NCBI GenBank assembly: GCA_964650165.1
Contig: CAZYQF010000002.1
Span: 1-49,785 of the forward strand
Length of the DNA: 49,785 nt
Direction of reading: 5' to 3'
Source of the DNA: an uncultured Lentisphaeraceae bacterium
GTDB lineage: Bacteria; Verrucomicrobiota; Kiritimatiellia; RFP12; UBA1067
Numbering within the stretch: the first letter of the stretch is position 1; every line of letters begins with the position of its first letter. The translations under genes and the position numbers were made by a program. The notes below the pieces were generated by a model. It did no database searches, had not been told where the DNA came from, and saw nothing but the letters and a program-made list of their open reading frames with translations. Below are positions 26,076 to 35,318 of the stretch, in pieces.

Positions 26076-26617
26076 GACAGCAGGGTGGCCAGCAGCGGAT
26101 CCTTGACCGCGATCTCGTCCTTGGTCAGTCCCTCGATCTCGTGAGGGAACACGATCCAGTCGAGACCGACGTCCTTGACGAAGTAATCGGGAACGATGCC
26201 GGCGATGTTCTTCTGGGGCTTCCAGTAGACGCACGCCATCTTCATCTCGGCACCGGCCTCCTCGATTCGGGCCTTGACGGCGCGGGCCGTCTTGCCGGTG
26301 TCGAAAACGTCGTCGACCACGAGAACCTTGTCCCCGGGGCGCATCATGCCGAAGATTTCCTCGCCGAGGGTGAATGCGACTTCTCCGGCATTCTGCCCGA
26401 TGCCGGTGTAGCTGGCGCACTTGAGCGGGATGTGCTGAACGTTCCAGCCCGTGACCTTGAAGTACTCGTGCATGGAAACTCCCACCGCCGCACCGCCGCG
26501 CCAGAGCGCGAGGATGAGGTCAGGCTTCCAGCCGGACTTTTTTACGGCTGCGGCGAGGCGCCACGAGTCGTGGAGGAATTCGTCAGCGGAAAGGTATTTC
26601 TTTTCGTTCCGGTCCAT
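26072..26617 (-). CDS. Purine phosphoribosyltransferase (Gpt/Xpt-like type I PRTase)
   Basis: PRPP-binding motif VLVVDDVFDTGKTA, with a Gpt-like layout (WKPDLILALWRGGAAVG ... DYFVKDVGLDWIVFPHE). ATG 26617 with a GGGAG SD. Confidence 0.8.
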   Translation of the reverse strand: MDRNEKKYLSADEFLHDSWRLAAAVKKSGWKPDLILALWRGGAAVGVSMHEYFKVTGWNVQHIPLKCASYTGIGQNAGEVAFTLGEEIFGMMRPGDKVLVVDDVFDTGKTARAVKARIEEAGAEMKMACVYWKPQKNIAGIVPDYFVKDVGLDWIVFPHEIEGLTKDEIAVKDPLLATLLS

Positions 26618-26639
26618 GTTTCTCCCGATTAGAAACCTT

Positions 26640-26668
26640 ATTCTTGCATTTTTGCCAATTTTCGTCAA
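26640..26668 (-). promoter_or_regulatory. Candidate sigma70-type promoter (TTGACG-17-TGCAAGAAT) ahead of the PRT-polA-rhaB genes
   Basis: Minus strand reads TTGACGaaaattggcaaaaaTGCAAGAAT in the 104-bp apt/PRT spacer. Match by eye only. Confidence 0.3.
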
Positions 26669-26721
26669 CTCGGGAATCACTTCTTCTCGCCCCCGAATCG
26701 GTTTCCATGGTCATCTTCGCC

Positions 26722-27249
26722 TTATTTTCCGGGATAGGCTATGAGGGAGGCGATGTCATAGCCCTTGAGGAGCTTTTCACGGGCGCCGAATCCCTCGAGC
26801 TCGATCGGAAAGACGAGCTTCACGACGATGCCGCCGAGACGTTCGACAAGCCGGACGGCTGCCGCGGCGGTGCCGCCGGTCGCCAGGAGGTCGTCGACGA
26901 CGATCACCTTCTGCCCGTGGCGGATGGCATCGGCGTGCATGTGCAAGGTGGCCTTTCCGTACTCGAGGTCGTAGTCCTCGCGGATGGTCTCGCGGGGAAG
27001 CTTGCCGGGCTTGCGGACCGGGACGAAAGCCTTTCGAAACCGGTCCGCAAGCGCTGCGCCGAAGATGAAGCCGCGGGATTCGGGCGCTACGACGAGGTCG
27101 AACTCGCACTCCGAGAGTATGCCGACCATCTTATCGAGCGCGAGCTGGAATCCGTCCGACGAATCGAGGATTCCTGTGACGTCGCGGAAGAGGATTCCGG
27201 GCTTTGGAAATCCGGGGATCGTCTTCACGTAGCTTTCGAGTTTTTTCAT
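26722..27249 (-). CDS. apt: Adenine phosphoribosyltransferase
   Basis: IPGFPKPGILFRDVT, APESRGFIFG and VIVVDDLLATGGTA motifs. Confidence 0.92.
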   Translation of the reverse strand: MKKLESYVKTIPGFPKPGILFRDVTGILDSSDGFQLALDKMVGILSECEFDLVVAPESRGFIFGAALADRFRKAFVPVRKPGKLPRETIREDYDLEYGKATLHMHADAIRHGQKVIVVDDLLATGGTAAAAVRLVERLGGIVVKLVFPIELEGFGAREKLLKGYDIASLIAYPGK

Positions 27250-27297
27250 TTTTCTGGCATCAGCCCTTCCATTCGCTTGACCCTGCGGGAAATCGCG

Positions 27298-27918
27298 TTA
27301 CAGCGTTCCGAAGATGCGGTCGCCGGCGTCCCCGAGCCCGGGCACGATGTAGTGGCGGCTGTTGAGCCGCTCGTCCAGGACCGCGGTGAAGATCGGAACG
27401 TCCGCATGCTCCTTCTCGAACTTCGCGACACCCTCCGGCGCGGCGACGAGATGAAGGCACTTGATGCGCCGGTAGCCGAGCCTCTTGAGCTGGGCGACCG
27501 CGTCGCAGGCGCTGCCGCCCGTGGCGAGCATCGGATCGATCACGAGCGCGAGCTCGTCGCCCTTCGCCGGCGGGACCTTCGCGTAGTACGGCACGGGCTG
27601 CGCCGTCAGCTCGTTGCGCTGCATGCCGAGAACGCCGACTTTCGCGTAGGGCAGGACGTCGAGCATCGCGTCGAGCATGCCCATGCCGGCGCGGAGAATC
27701 GGCACCAGGACGATGCGCTCGTCGATGACACGACCCGTGGTCTTCGCCACCGGCGTCACGACGTCGACTGTCTTCATGTTGACGTCCCTGAGCGCCTCGT
27801 AGGCGAGGAACGTCGTGATTTCGTCCACGAGTTCGCGAAAGAGCTTCGGAGGCGTTTCCCGGTCCCGCATCAGCGTGACGCGGTGATTCACGAGCGGGTG
27901 GCTGAGTACGATATGCAT
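27298..27918 (-). CDS. upp: Uracil phosphoribosyltransferase
   Basis: HPLVNHRVTLMRD, VPILRAGMGM, VIDPMLATGGS and IVPGLGDAGDRIFGT motifs. GGGAGAG SD. Confidence 0.92.
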   Translation of the reverse strand: MHIVLSHPLVNHRVTLMRDRETPPKLFRELVDEITTFLAYEALRDVNMKTVDVVTPVAKTTGRVIDERIVLVPILRAGMGMLDAMLDVLPYAKVGVLGMQRNELTAQPVPYYAKVPPAKGDELALVIDPMLATGGSACDAVAQLKRLGYRRIKCLHLVAAPEGVAKFEKEHADVPIFTAVLDERLNSRHYIVPGLGDAGDRIFGTL

Positions 27919-27936
27919 AGGCTCTCCCGGATGATA

Positions 27937-28791
27937 CTACTTTGCCATCGGAGTTGCAAACAAGAGCTGTAAATACCATCTGACAAGTTCCGGTCCCCAG
28001 AACATCCAGACGAGGCATCCCATGCAGATGTAGGGTCCGTACGGTATGGCAACGAACTTGCCGAGTTTCGCCTTCGAAAGGACAATGAGTCCGACACCGA
28101 CGAGGCTGCCGAACAGCGAGGACAGGATCAGCGTGACCAGGACGGCGACCGGACCGAACAGGGCGCCCACCGCCCCCATGAGGAAGACGTCCCCTAGGCC
28201 CATCGCCTCGCGCTTGAAGGCCTTCGAGCCGAGCCAGCGGACGAACCAGAGCAGCCCGAATCCGAAGACGAGCCCGCTCAGCGACCAGCAGACCGGGAAC
28301 CAGAGCTTCCCGACGACAGACAGGCAGACGTTGAAGAGAATGCCCAAGATCATCCCGCCGACCGTGACGAAATCGGGAAGAAGCTGAAGGTCGAAGTCGA
28401 TGAACGCCCCCGTGATCATAAGCGAAATCCAGATCCAGTAGACGGCCAGGAAGATCCAGCCGGTCGGATCCGCCAGATCAATGCCCTTTTGCACGAAGAG
28501 ATGCGCGAAAGCCGCCAAAAGGAGAAGTCCGCCGAGCGTTTCGATCAGAATGTACCGCGGCGAAATCGGCGCCTTGCAGTTCGCACACTTACCCCGCAAG
28601 CAGATCCATGCGAGAATCGGGATGTTCTGATACCACTTGATCTCGGCATTGCACTTCGGACAGTGGCTCGGCGGCGAGACGATCGACTCCCCGCGCGGAA
28701 CGCGCCAGATGACGACGTTCAGGAAGGAGGCGACGCACGCCCCTAGCCAAAAGCTGAATCCGCACAGAATGTACAACAGTCCTTGATCCAT
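27937..28791 (-). CDS. pilD: Prepilin peptidase (type IV leader peptidase/N-methyltransferase, A24 family)
   Basis: N-terminal Cys-rich motif SFLNVVIWRVP...SHCPKCNAEIKWYQNIPILAWICLRGKCANC and an A24 membrane core with GLGDV. Confidence 0.88.
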   Translation of the reverse strand: MDQGLLYILCGFSFWLGACVASFLNVVIWRVPRGESIVSPPSHCPKCNAEIKWYQNIPILAWICLRGKCANCKAPISPRYILIETLGGLLLLAAFAHLFVQKGIDLADPTGWIFLAVYWIWISLMITGAFIDFDLQLLPDFVTVGGMILGILFNVCLSVVGKLWFPVCWSLSGLVFGFGLLWFVRWLGSKAFKREAMGLGDVFLMGAVGALFGPVAVLVTLILSSLFGSLVGVGLIVLSKAKLGKFVAIPYGPYICMGCLVWMFWGPELVRWYLQLLFATPMAK

Positions 28792-28804
28792 ACCGTCCTA
28801 CCGA

Positions 28805-29791
28805 TCATTCGCTTTTGAGATCGCGTTCCATCATCATCTTGACGGCGTTCTTCGCGTCGAAGTTCTCGTAGCAGAGCGCGTAGACGAGGTCGCAGATCGG
28901 CATCTCGACGCCGAGCTCCCGCGCCAGATCGTGAACGACCTTGGAGTTCCAGACGCCCTCCGCGACCATCTGCATCGATCCGAGGATGTCCTGAATCTTC
29001 TCGCCCTTCCCCAAGCGTTCGCCGACGGAGTGATTGCGGGAGTGGGCCGACGTGCAGGTGACGATCAGATCCCCGATGCCGGCGAGACCCGAGAGGGTCT
29101 CGGGCTGGCCGCCGTAGGCGAGGACGAAACGCTTCATCTCGACGAGACCGCGGGTGATGAGCGCCGCGCGCGTGTTGTCGCCGAAGCCCATGCCGTCGGA
29201 GCAGCCGACGGCGATCGCAAGCACGTTCTTGACCGCGCCGCCGATCTCGATTCCGACGGGGTCGGACGAGGTATAGACGCGGAAGAGCGGACCCGACCAG
29301 ATCTCCTGAACCCTCTTCGCCTTCTCGGAATCCTCGCATGCGGCGACGATTGCGGTCGGAATGCCCCGTCCCACCTCCTCGGCGTGGGTCGGCCCGGCGA
29401 GGGCAACGACGGCGTCGAGTCCGAGAATCTCCTTCGCGAGAGCGGTCATCCGGCAATTGGTCTTCTCGCACAGGCCCTTGGTCAGCGAGACGACGAGGTG
29501 CTTCGGCGTGATCAGGCCCTTGAAACCCTCCGCCACGGACGCGAAGAATTTCGACGGCGGCGCGAGCACGACGATCTCCGCGCCCTCCATGACCTCGCGA
29601 CGGTCGGCTGTGAGCTTGAGGTTGTCCGGCAGCATCACGCCCTTCAGGAACTTGTCGTTGGTGCGGACGGACTTCATGTGCTCGACATACTCCGGAAACG
29701 CGCCCCAAAGCGTCACTTCATGTCCGTATCCGGCGAGAAGGATCGCGTTCGCCGTTCCCCAGCCTCCGTCTCCGATAACAGCTATTTTCAT
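28805..29791 (-). CDS. gpsA: NAD(P)H-dependent glycerol-3-phosphate dehydrogenase
   Basis: [14 protein letters not shown] Rossmann start, [10 protein letters not shown] and [12 protein letters not shown] motifs. Confidence 0.92.
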   Translation of the reverse strand: MKIAVIGDGGWGTANAILLAGYGHEVTLWGAFPEYVEHMKSVRTNDKFLKGVMLPDNLKLTADRREVMEGAEIVVLAPPSKFFASVAEGFKGLITPKHLVVSLTKGLCEKTNCRMTALAKEILGLDAVVALAGPTHAEEVGRGIPTAIVAACEDSEKAKRVQEIWSGPLFRVYTSSDPVGIEIGGAVKNVLAIAVGCSDGMGFGDNTRAALITRGLVEMKRFVLAYGGQPETLSGLAGIGDLIVTCTSAHSRNHSVGERLGKGEKIQDILGSMQMVAEGVWNSKVVHDLARELGVEMPICDLVYALCYENFDAKNAVKMMMERDLKSE

Positions 29792-30975
29792 ATCAGGTGT
29801 CCCATCTTGTTCTTCTTGGTGTCGAGGTACTGCTTGTCGTGGGCGTTCGGCGCGATTACGATCGGCACGCGCTCGGTGATCTCGATTCCATAGCCGTCCA
29901 GACCCTTGACCTTGCAGGGGTTGTTGGTCATCAGGCGAACCTTCCGGACGCCGAGATCCTCGAGGATCTGCGCGCCCTCGCCGTAGTCCCGAAGGTCAGG
30001 TGCGAAGCCGAGCGCGACATTCGCCTCGACCGTATCCAGGCCCTCTTCCTGCTTCTTGTAGGCATGGAGCTTGTTCGCGAGGCCGATGCCGCGCCCCTCC
30101 TGACGCATGTAGACGACGACGCCGCGGCGCTCCCGCTCCACCATCTCCATCGCCGTATGGAGCTGCGAACCGCAGTCGCAGCGTTCGGACCCGAGGACGT
30201 CCCCGGTAAAGCACTCTGAATGGACGCGCACGAGGACTGGATTTCCATCCGCGACGTCTCCCTTCACGAGCGCAAGATGTTCGAGACCGTTGATGCGGCT
30301 CCGGTACATCTTGAGCCGGAATTGCCCGTGGTCGGTGGGCATGTTCACTTCCTCGACGAGCTCGACGAGCTTGTCGACCTTGCGCCGGTAGGCGATGAGG
30401 TCGGCGATCGTCATCATCTTGAGCTTGTGCTTTCGGGCAAATGCTTCGACATCGTCGAGACGGGCCATCGTGCCGTCGTCCTTCATGATCTCGCAGCAGA
30501 GGCCGACCTCCTTGAGCCCGGCCAGCCGGCAGAGGTCGACGGTGGCCTCGGTGTGTCCGGCGCGCCGGAGAACGCCCCCCTCGCGGGCCTGCAGCGGGAA
30601 CATGTGTCCCGGACGCCGGAAGTGCTCCGGCTTCACGCCGTCTTTCACCGACGCGAGCGCGGTGATCGAGCGTTCCGCGGCGGAAATGCCGGTCGTCGTG
30701 TCGACGCTGTCGATCGAAACCGTAAAGGCGGTCTGGTGGTTGTCCGTGTTCTGGACGACCATCTGCGGAAGATCGAGCTTGCGGCAGAACTCCGCGCTCA
30801 TCGGCATGCAGATGAGTCCCTTCGCATGCGTCGCCATGAAATTGACGTTCGCGAGCGTCGCGTGTTCCGCGGCGCAGATGCAGTCGCCCTCGTTCTCGCG
30901 GTCGGCGTCGTCGGTGACGAGAATGATTTCGCCGCGCCTCAGGGCTTCAAGGCAGTTTTCAACAGTGTCGAACAT
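29788..30975 (-). CDS. ribBA: Bifunctional 3,4-dihydroxy-2-butanone-4-phosphate synthase / GTP cyclohydrolase II
   Basis: [16 protein letters not shown] and GHTEA (RibB half). [24 protein letters not shown] and [10 protein letters not shown] (RibA half). ATGA overlap with gpsA. Confidence 0.93.
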   Translation of the reverse strand: MFDTVENCLEALRRGEIILVTDDADRENEGDCICAAEHATLANVNFMATHAKGLICMPMSAEFCRKLDLPQMVVQNTDNHQTAFTVSIDSVDTTTGISAAERSITALASVKDGVKPEHFRRPGHMFPLQAREGGVLRRAGHTEATVDLCRLAGLKEVGLCCEIMKDDGTMARLDDVEAFARKHKLKMMTIADLIAYRRKVDKLVELVEEVNMPTDHGQFRLKMYRSRINGLEHLALVKGDVADGNPVLVRVHSECFTGDVLGSERCDCGSQLHTAMEMVERERRGVVVYMRQEGRGIGLANKLHAYKKQEEGLDTVEANVALGFAPDLRDYGEGAQILEDLGVRKVRLMTNNPCKVKGLDGYGIEITERVPIVIAPNAHDKQYLDTKKNKMGHLI

Positions 30976-30976
30976 A

Positions 30977-31588
30977 TCACGAACCAGGGTGAACCGGCTT
31001 GGAGCCGGCCTTGCACATCGGGCATTCGGCGGCGGTCCAGGTCTCAGGGGTCATCTGCATGAGGGAGAACATCGGGATGCGGCCGAACTTGACCTTGCCG
31101 GCGGAGCGGTCGACAAGGAGGACGATGCCGGCGACCTTCGCGCCCGCAGCCTTCACGAGGTCGACGGTCTCCTGGACGCGTCCGCCCTTGGTGACGACAT
31201 CCTCGGCGACGACGTAGCGTTCGCCCTTCTTCAGCTGAAAGCGGCGCATCGCGAGCACGGTGTTGGGCTTGCCGGCGGCATCAACGCCCTCGCCCGGCAC
31301 CTTCTCGGCGAACACGCACTTGACGTTGAGCTCGCGCGCCACCTCGTGTCCGACGAGGATGCCGCCGACGGCCGGAGAGATGACGCCGTCGATGCGCGTG
31401 CCGAGCTTTCCGCTCTTCACGGCCATACGGGTCACTTCGCGACAGAGCTTCTCGGCGACACGCGGATAGCGGAGTACGTTCGCACACTGGAAATAGCGGT
31501 TGGAATGAAGCTTGGAGCGGAGTTCGAAATGTCCCTCGAGGAGAGCCCCCGTGTCCTTGAACGCCTGAAGTACCTGTTTCTGAGTCAT
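30977..31588 (-). CDS. pyrE: Orotate phosphoribosyltransferase
   Basis: [22 protein letters not shown] start and PRPP motif [14 protein letters not shown]. Confidence 0.88.
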   Translation of the reverse strand: MTQKQVLQAFKDTGALLEGHFELRSKLHSNRYFQCANVLRYPRVAEKLCREVTRMAVKSGKLGTRIDGVISPAVGGILVGHEVARELNVKCVFAEKVPGEGVDAAGKPNTVLAMRRFQLKKGERYVVAEDVVTKGGRVQETVDLVKAAGAKVAGIVLLVDRSAGKVKFGRIPMFSLMQMTPETWTAAECPMCKAGSKPVHPGS

Positions 31589-31605
31589 TTTCTTTAGCCT
31601 TTCTT

Positions 31606-32073
31606 TCAGTCGATTTTAAGAAGTTCGTCTCGGGAAAACGCCGGGTGCGGTTCCGTCGGCTCCGGATCTCCGACAATCGCGGACGGAGGCGCGGCGCCGC
31701 GCGACGGCGGCAGCGAATCGGGCGTGAAGTCGGTGCGCAAATGACCGGAATCCGAGCGGACGCTCCGCACGCCCAGCACGGCGCCCATCGGCGCCGCCGG
31801 CAGCTCGCCGGCCGCCATCTCCGTCCGGAGCCCACGGACGCCTTCGGCGCCGACTTGCCAGGCCGAACGCGCCACGGCGAGCATCTTGCGCTCTTGCTCG
31901 GCGGTGAGCGACACAAACGCACACTGCGCACGTGATTTCGGGGACGCGGACGGGACGAAGCCGATCGCCTCGTACGGGAAAACCATGAGAAGCCCGACCG
32001 GAATCGCCAGGACTGACGCGAGCGACCCGAGTTCGGACCGAAGCCGCCGACGGGGATGACCCGCGACGCTCAT
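31606..32073 (-). CDS. Hypothetical single-pass membrane protein coupled to exbD (occupies the TonB/TolA position)
   Basis: ATG 32073 forms an ATGA overlap with the exbD stop. One TM segment (LGSLASVLAIPVGLLMVFPY) and a Pro-rich tail (PDSLPPSRGAAPPSAIVGDPEPTEPHP). No recognisable TonB C-terminal domain. Several other frames are open here because of the high GC. Confidence 0.5.
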   Translation of the reverse strand: MSVAGHPRRRLRSELGSLASVLAIPVGLLMVFPYEAIGFVPSASPKSRAQCAFVSLTAEQERKMLAVARSAWQVGAEGVRGLRTEMAAGELPAAPMGAVLGVRSVRSDSGHLRTDFTPDSLPPSRGAAPPSAIVGDPEPTEPHPAFSRDELLKID

Positions 32074-32537
32074 TCGGCGACCTCCCCCTGCTTCTTTTCG
32101 GCAAACAGCACGCGTTCGACTCCGCTCTTCCTGGCGATTGCGGCGACTTTCATCAGGTCGCCCGCGGCAATCCGGCGGTCTGCCAGAACAAGAAGGGTTT
32201 TCCGCTCCACCTTGGAGACGCGGTCGAGAAGATGGTCTCCGAACGCCGCGGTGGAGACCCTGTCGCCCAGCGTGTAGCGCGCGTCGTCGAAAAACACCAG
32301 CGTCTCGCGCGGCATGGGCAGCACGAGCGCCACCAGTCCTGAGGCCTCGTCGTCGGCCGACGCGGCGTCCGGGAGGTCGAAAAGCACGCCCTCGGCGGCC
32401 GTGAAGGTCCCTCCGACCATATACAGCATCAGCAGGAGCAAGAGCACCGTCACCCAGGGGATGGCGGTGGAAATGGGGCGGATCCAAGACTGCACCGGAG
32501 ACAGTCCGGCTCGGTTGGAAACCGCCGCATGGCGCAT
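32070..32537 (-). CDS. exbD: ExbD/TolR family biopolymer transport protein
   Basis: A single N-terminal TM (PWVTVLLLLLMLYMV) and an ExbD periplasmic domain (TLLVLADRRIAAGDLMKVAAIARKSGVERVLF). Start at ATG 32537. Confidence 0.85.
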   Translation of the reverse strand: MRHAAVSNRAGLSPVQSWIRPISTAIPWVTVLLLLLMLYMVGGTFTAAEGVLFDLPDAASADDEASGLVALVLPMPRETLVFFDDARYTLGDRVSTAAFGDHLLDRVSKVERKTLLVLADRRIAAGDLMKVAAIARKSGVERVLFAEKKQGEVAE

Positions 32538-32542
32538 CTCGC

Positions 32543-33145
32543 TCAACGCTTCGCCTCCCGCGTGGAAAGATAGCCGGTGATCTGGATCGCAGCTGCCTCG
32601 AGCTCGACCGCGATCCGGTCCATTCGCGTGCGGAGCATGCCGTACATGACCGCGACAGGAATCGCAATCATGAGGCCCAGCGCCGCCGAGACGAGCGCCT
32701 CCATGCACCCGCCGATCAGGTCCGCGCGAGAGACGAGCGTCTGGTCATTGATCAGCATGACGGTCTTGATGAATCCGAAAATCGTTCCCAGAAGACCGAG
32801 TGCCGGCGCGACCTGGCCGATGAGCGCCAGGGCGACGAGGCGACGGTCGAGTCGCGCGGTCTCGGCACGGCGCTGCGAGTCAACGGCTTCGCGAAGAACG
32901 CGGGCGGACGCGTTGCGGTTGCGTACGGCCATGGCGACCACGTTGGCCACCGGAACCGCCGTGTCGTCGCAGATCGCCAGGGCCTCGTCGGCGTTTCCGC
33001 CTTCAAGAACGTTGACCACCCCCTTGATGAAATCCTGATAGTCGATGTGCGCCCTCCGGATCTCCAAGAACCGTTCGAAGAAAATCACCACGGACACGAC
33101 CGCCGTCGCGACCAGAATCCAGAATACGGGTCCGCCCGTGATCAT
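32543..33145 (-). CDS. exbB: MotA/TolQ/ExbB proton-channel protein
   Basis: Three TM segments and the signature LALIGQVAPALGLLGTIFG ... EALVSAALGLMIAIPAV. Confidence 0.88.
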   Translation of the reverse strand: MITGGPVFWILVATAVVSVVIFFERFLEIRRAHIDYQDFIKGVVNVLEGGNADEALAICDDTAVPVANVVAMAVRNRNASARVLREAVDSQRRAETARLDRRLVALALIGQVAPALGLLGTIFGFIKTVMLINDQTLVSRADLIGGCMEALVSAALGLMIAIPVAVMYGMLRTRMDRIAVELEAAAIQITGYLSTREAKR

Positions 33146-35295
33146 AGGAAGTTTCCTTTCCGTTGAATGCGATCGATGCGCTTGGCCGCCTCGGCCGCTG
33201 CCGGCACGTCGCTCGACGACACCAGTTCCAGCACGTGCACGGCCTGAAAATCCTTGCCGCGGCTCTCGAACTCGTCCGCAAGCCTGAAGGCCGCCCGGGA
33301 AAACGCCGTCCGCGCGTCACCGTCGAAGGAGATTCCCTTCTCCCGGCCGTCGCGGTAGGCGAGCACCACGTCCGTGTAATATCGGTCGACAGCTTCGGGT
33401 AGACGCTTGAGCTTCTCCAGCGTCTTGGCGATCTTGTAGGAAACGGTCAGCCGCCGGCTGCTGTCGAGCGACTCGCCCATGCGGACGACGCGATAGGCCT
33501 CGAGAGCCTCCTCGTATCGAGCCGGATTGTCCGCCCCCATCGCGAACAGCGCATCCGCGCGAAGAAGGCTCGCCCGAAGGCGGTCTCCGTCGCCGGTACC
33601 GTCGACGGCAGCCGCACGTTCCAGCACGAGAACCGCCTCGTCAAAGCGGGCAAGTTCGATCAGCGACTCGCCCTGGACGAGGAATCCGCGGCTTCGGAAT
33701 GGCGACTCGGGATATCTTTCGGCAAGACGCGTCACGATCTGGATGGCCTGTTGGAAGTCATTGGCGGCGAATGCCGCGCGGGCGGACCACACCAGCGCCT
33801 CGGGCGCCTCGGGGGACTTCGGCGCCGCCTCCGCATAGTCGGAAAACAGCTTCCGCGCAGTCTCCCACAGACCGCGGTTGTAGGAATGCTTCGCGAGCCA
33901 CAGCGTCGCCTCCGCCTTGACCTTGGCATCGGAAGACTCCGCCGCGAGCGACGACGCCAGCTCCTCCGCTTCGTCATCCAGTCCCTGTCCGTACAGACAC
34001 AGCACTTCGTAATACTCCATGCGCGGGCGCCGCGCGGCGTCTTCTTTCCCCACGGCGCGAAAACAATCCTGGGCCTCCTTGAACCGGTACGCACGGTAGT
34101 TCTCGCGGCCGCGGTCCTCGAGCTCGCGCAGCCGGACCAGTTCCTTGATTCGTCCAGCCGGCGCCGTCTCGGGATACTTCTCCAGCACCAGACGGTACTT
34201 CATCAGAGACTCGTCCTCCCGGCCGGCCGCCGCCAGCACGTCGCCTTGCTTCACGATTTCGACCGCCTTGTCGCCATCGGAGAGCGCTTCGCTTTCGGCA
34301 CGGGCGAACGCCTCGATCGCCTCATCGTACTTGCCAAGCTTGGAAAGCGCCCAGCCATATCCGTCATTCAGCGCCATCGACTTGATGGAATCGGGCCAGG
34401 TTTCGAAGACTTCACGGTAAACCTCCGCCGCCGCCTTGTGACGCCCGTCCGCCAGCAACGCGTCCGCAATGGCCGAAAGCCCGTCGCGCGCACCCTCGGC
34501 GTCGGGCGACTCGCGAACCAGCGTCCGGATCAGCGCCACGCCCTCGTCCATCGTCTTCCCTCCCCTGAGAAGAGCCTTGCCGAGCGCAAAGCCGACCAAC
34601 CGCCGGTTTTCGGCAGACTTGGACCTTGCATACGCCGCCCGCATCGCCTCGACATCGCCGAGATTGGCGCTCGCAATGGCAAACGCACGTTCGCCGGACG
34701 CCTCGCCGGACGCGACCACCGAACGCCAGATCTTCTCCGCGCCCGGACGGTCGCCCGTGGCCGCATAGAGTCCGGCCGCGAACATCCGCGATTCCTCGTC
34801 GGCGAAATCCTCCGGCGAGGCGTCGACGATCTTGAGCGCCTCCGCCGCCCCGCCGGCCGTCATCGCCAGCCGGGCACGCAACCGCGCCGTCAGGCCGGCA
34901 TAAACGGGATCGGAGAACTTGCGGTCGGAAATCAAATATTCGGCCTTCGAAGCCGCGCCCGTCTCGAAGAGCGCCAGCGAACGGAAATAGACGAAAACGT
35001 CGTCATCGGGATTCTTCCAGGCCTCGCAGGTTTCGAGCAGCTCCCGCCACTTGCCTTCGCGTGCGAAGCTCTCGACAATCACGTACTTCGCCTCGACTCC
35101 ATCGGCCTTCGCGGCATGGAGACGGGCGACGTCCCAGAGTCCGTCCCGCAGCGCCGCCTTGGCGACGGCCAGCTCGGACACGGACGAGGCCGGGACCTCT
35201 TTAGTTTTAGCGAGAACGGCCGACTGGACGACATAGGTCTCTTCCGCCCGCGCAACCGCGGTCAGAAAAACCATTAGAATCGCCAGTTTTCTCAT
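33142..35295 (-). CDS. Secreted multi-TPR repeat protein
   Basis: Signal peptide MRKLAILMVFLTAVARA and many TPR-like A/L/Y-rich 34-aa repeats along 717 aa. ATGA overlap with exbB. Confidence 0.8.
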   Translation of the reverse strand: MRKLAILMVFLTAVARAEETYVVQSAVLAKTKEVPASSVSELAVAKAALRDGLWDVARLHAAKADGVEAKYVIVESFAREGKWRELLETCEAWKNPDDDVFVYFRSLALFETGAASKAEYLISDRKFSDPVYAGLTARLRARLAMTAGGAAEALKIVDASPEDFADEESRMFAAGLYAATGDRPGAEKIWRSVVASGEASGERAFAIASANLGDVEAMRAAYARSKSAENRRLVGFALGKALLRGGKTMDEGVALIRTLVRESPDAEGARDGLSAIADALLADGRHKAAAEVYREVFETWPDSIKSMALNDGYGWALSKLGKYDEAIEAFARAESEALSDGDKAVEIVKQGDVLAAAGREDESLMKYRLVLEKYPETAPAGRIKELVRLRELEDRGRENYRAYRFKEAQDCFRAVGKEDAARRPRMEYYEVLCLYGQGLDDEAEELASSLAAESSDAKVKAEATLWLAKHSYNRGLWETARKLFSDYAEAAPKSPEAPEALVWSARAAFAANDFQQAIQIVTRLAERYPESPFRSRGFLVQGESLIELARFDEAVLVLERAAAVDGTGDGDRLRASLLRADALFAMGADNPARYEEALEAYRVVRMGESLDSSRRLTVSYKIAKTLEKLKRLPEAVDRYYTDVVLAYRDGREKGISFDGDARTAFSRAAFRLADEFESRGKDFQAVHVLELVSSSDVPAAAEAAKRIDRIQRKGNFL

Positions 35296-35318
35296 AGCTC
35301 AGGACACTGCCTTGATTC

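Noticed and set aside
31606-32073. Calling the small protein after exbD a TonB.
   Set aside because: Its position, single TM segment and Pro-rich segment are suggestive. However, I see no SHLS-type TM motif and no TonB C-terminal domain, so I leave it as hypothetical.
31281-32667. Competing ORFs between pyrE and exbD (31281-31931 minus, 31616-32104 minus, 31645-31935 plus, and the full 31606-32667 ORF).
   Set aside because: Only the frame starting at ATG 32073 gives an ATGA coupling to exbD, a plausible TM helix and a non-Arg-dominated composition. The others are Arg/Pro/Gly-rich shadow frames. Even the retained call is given only 0.5 confidence.
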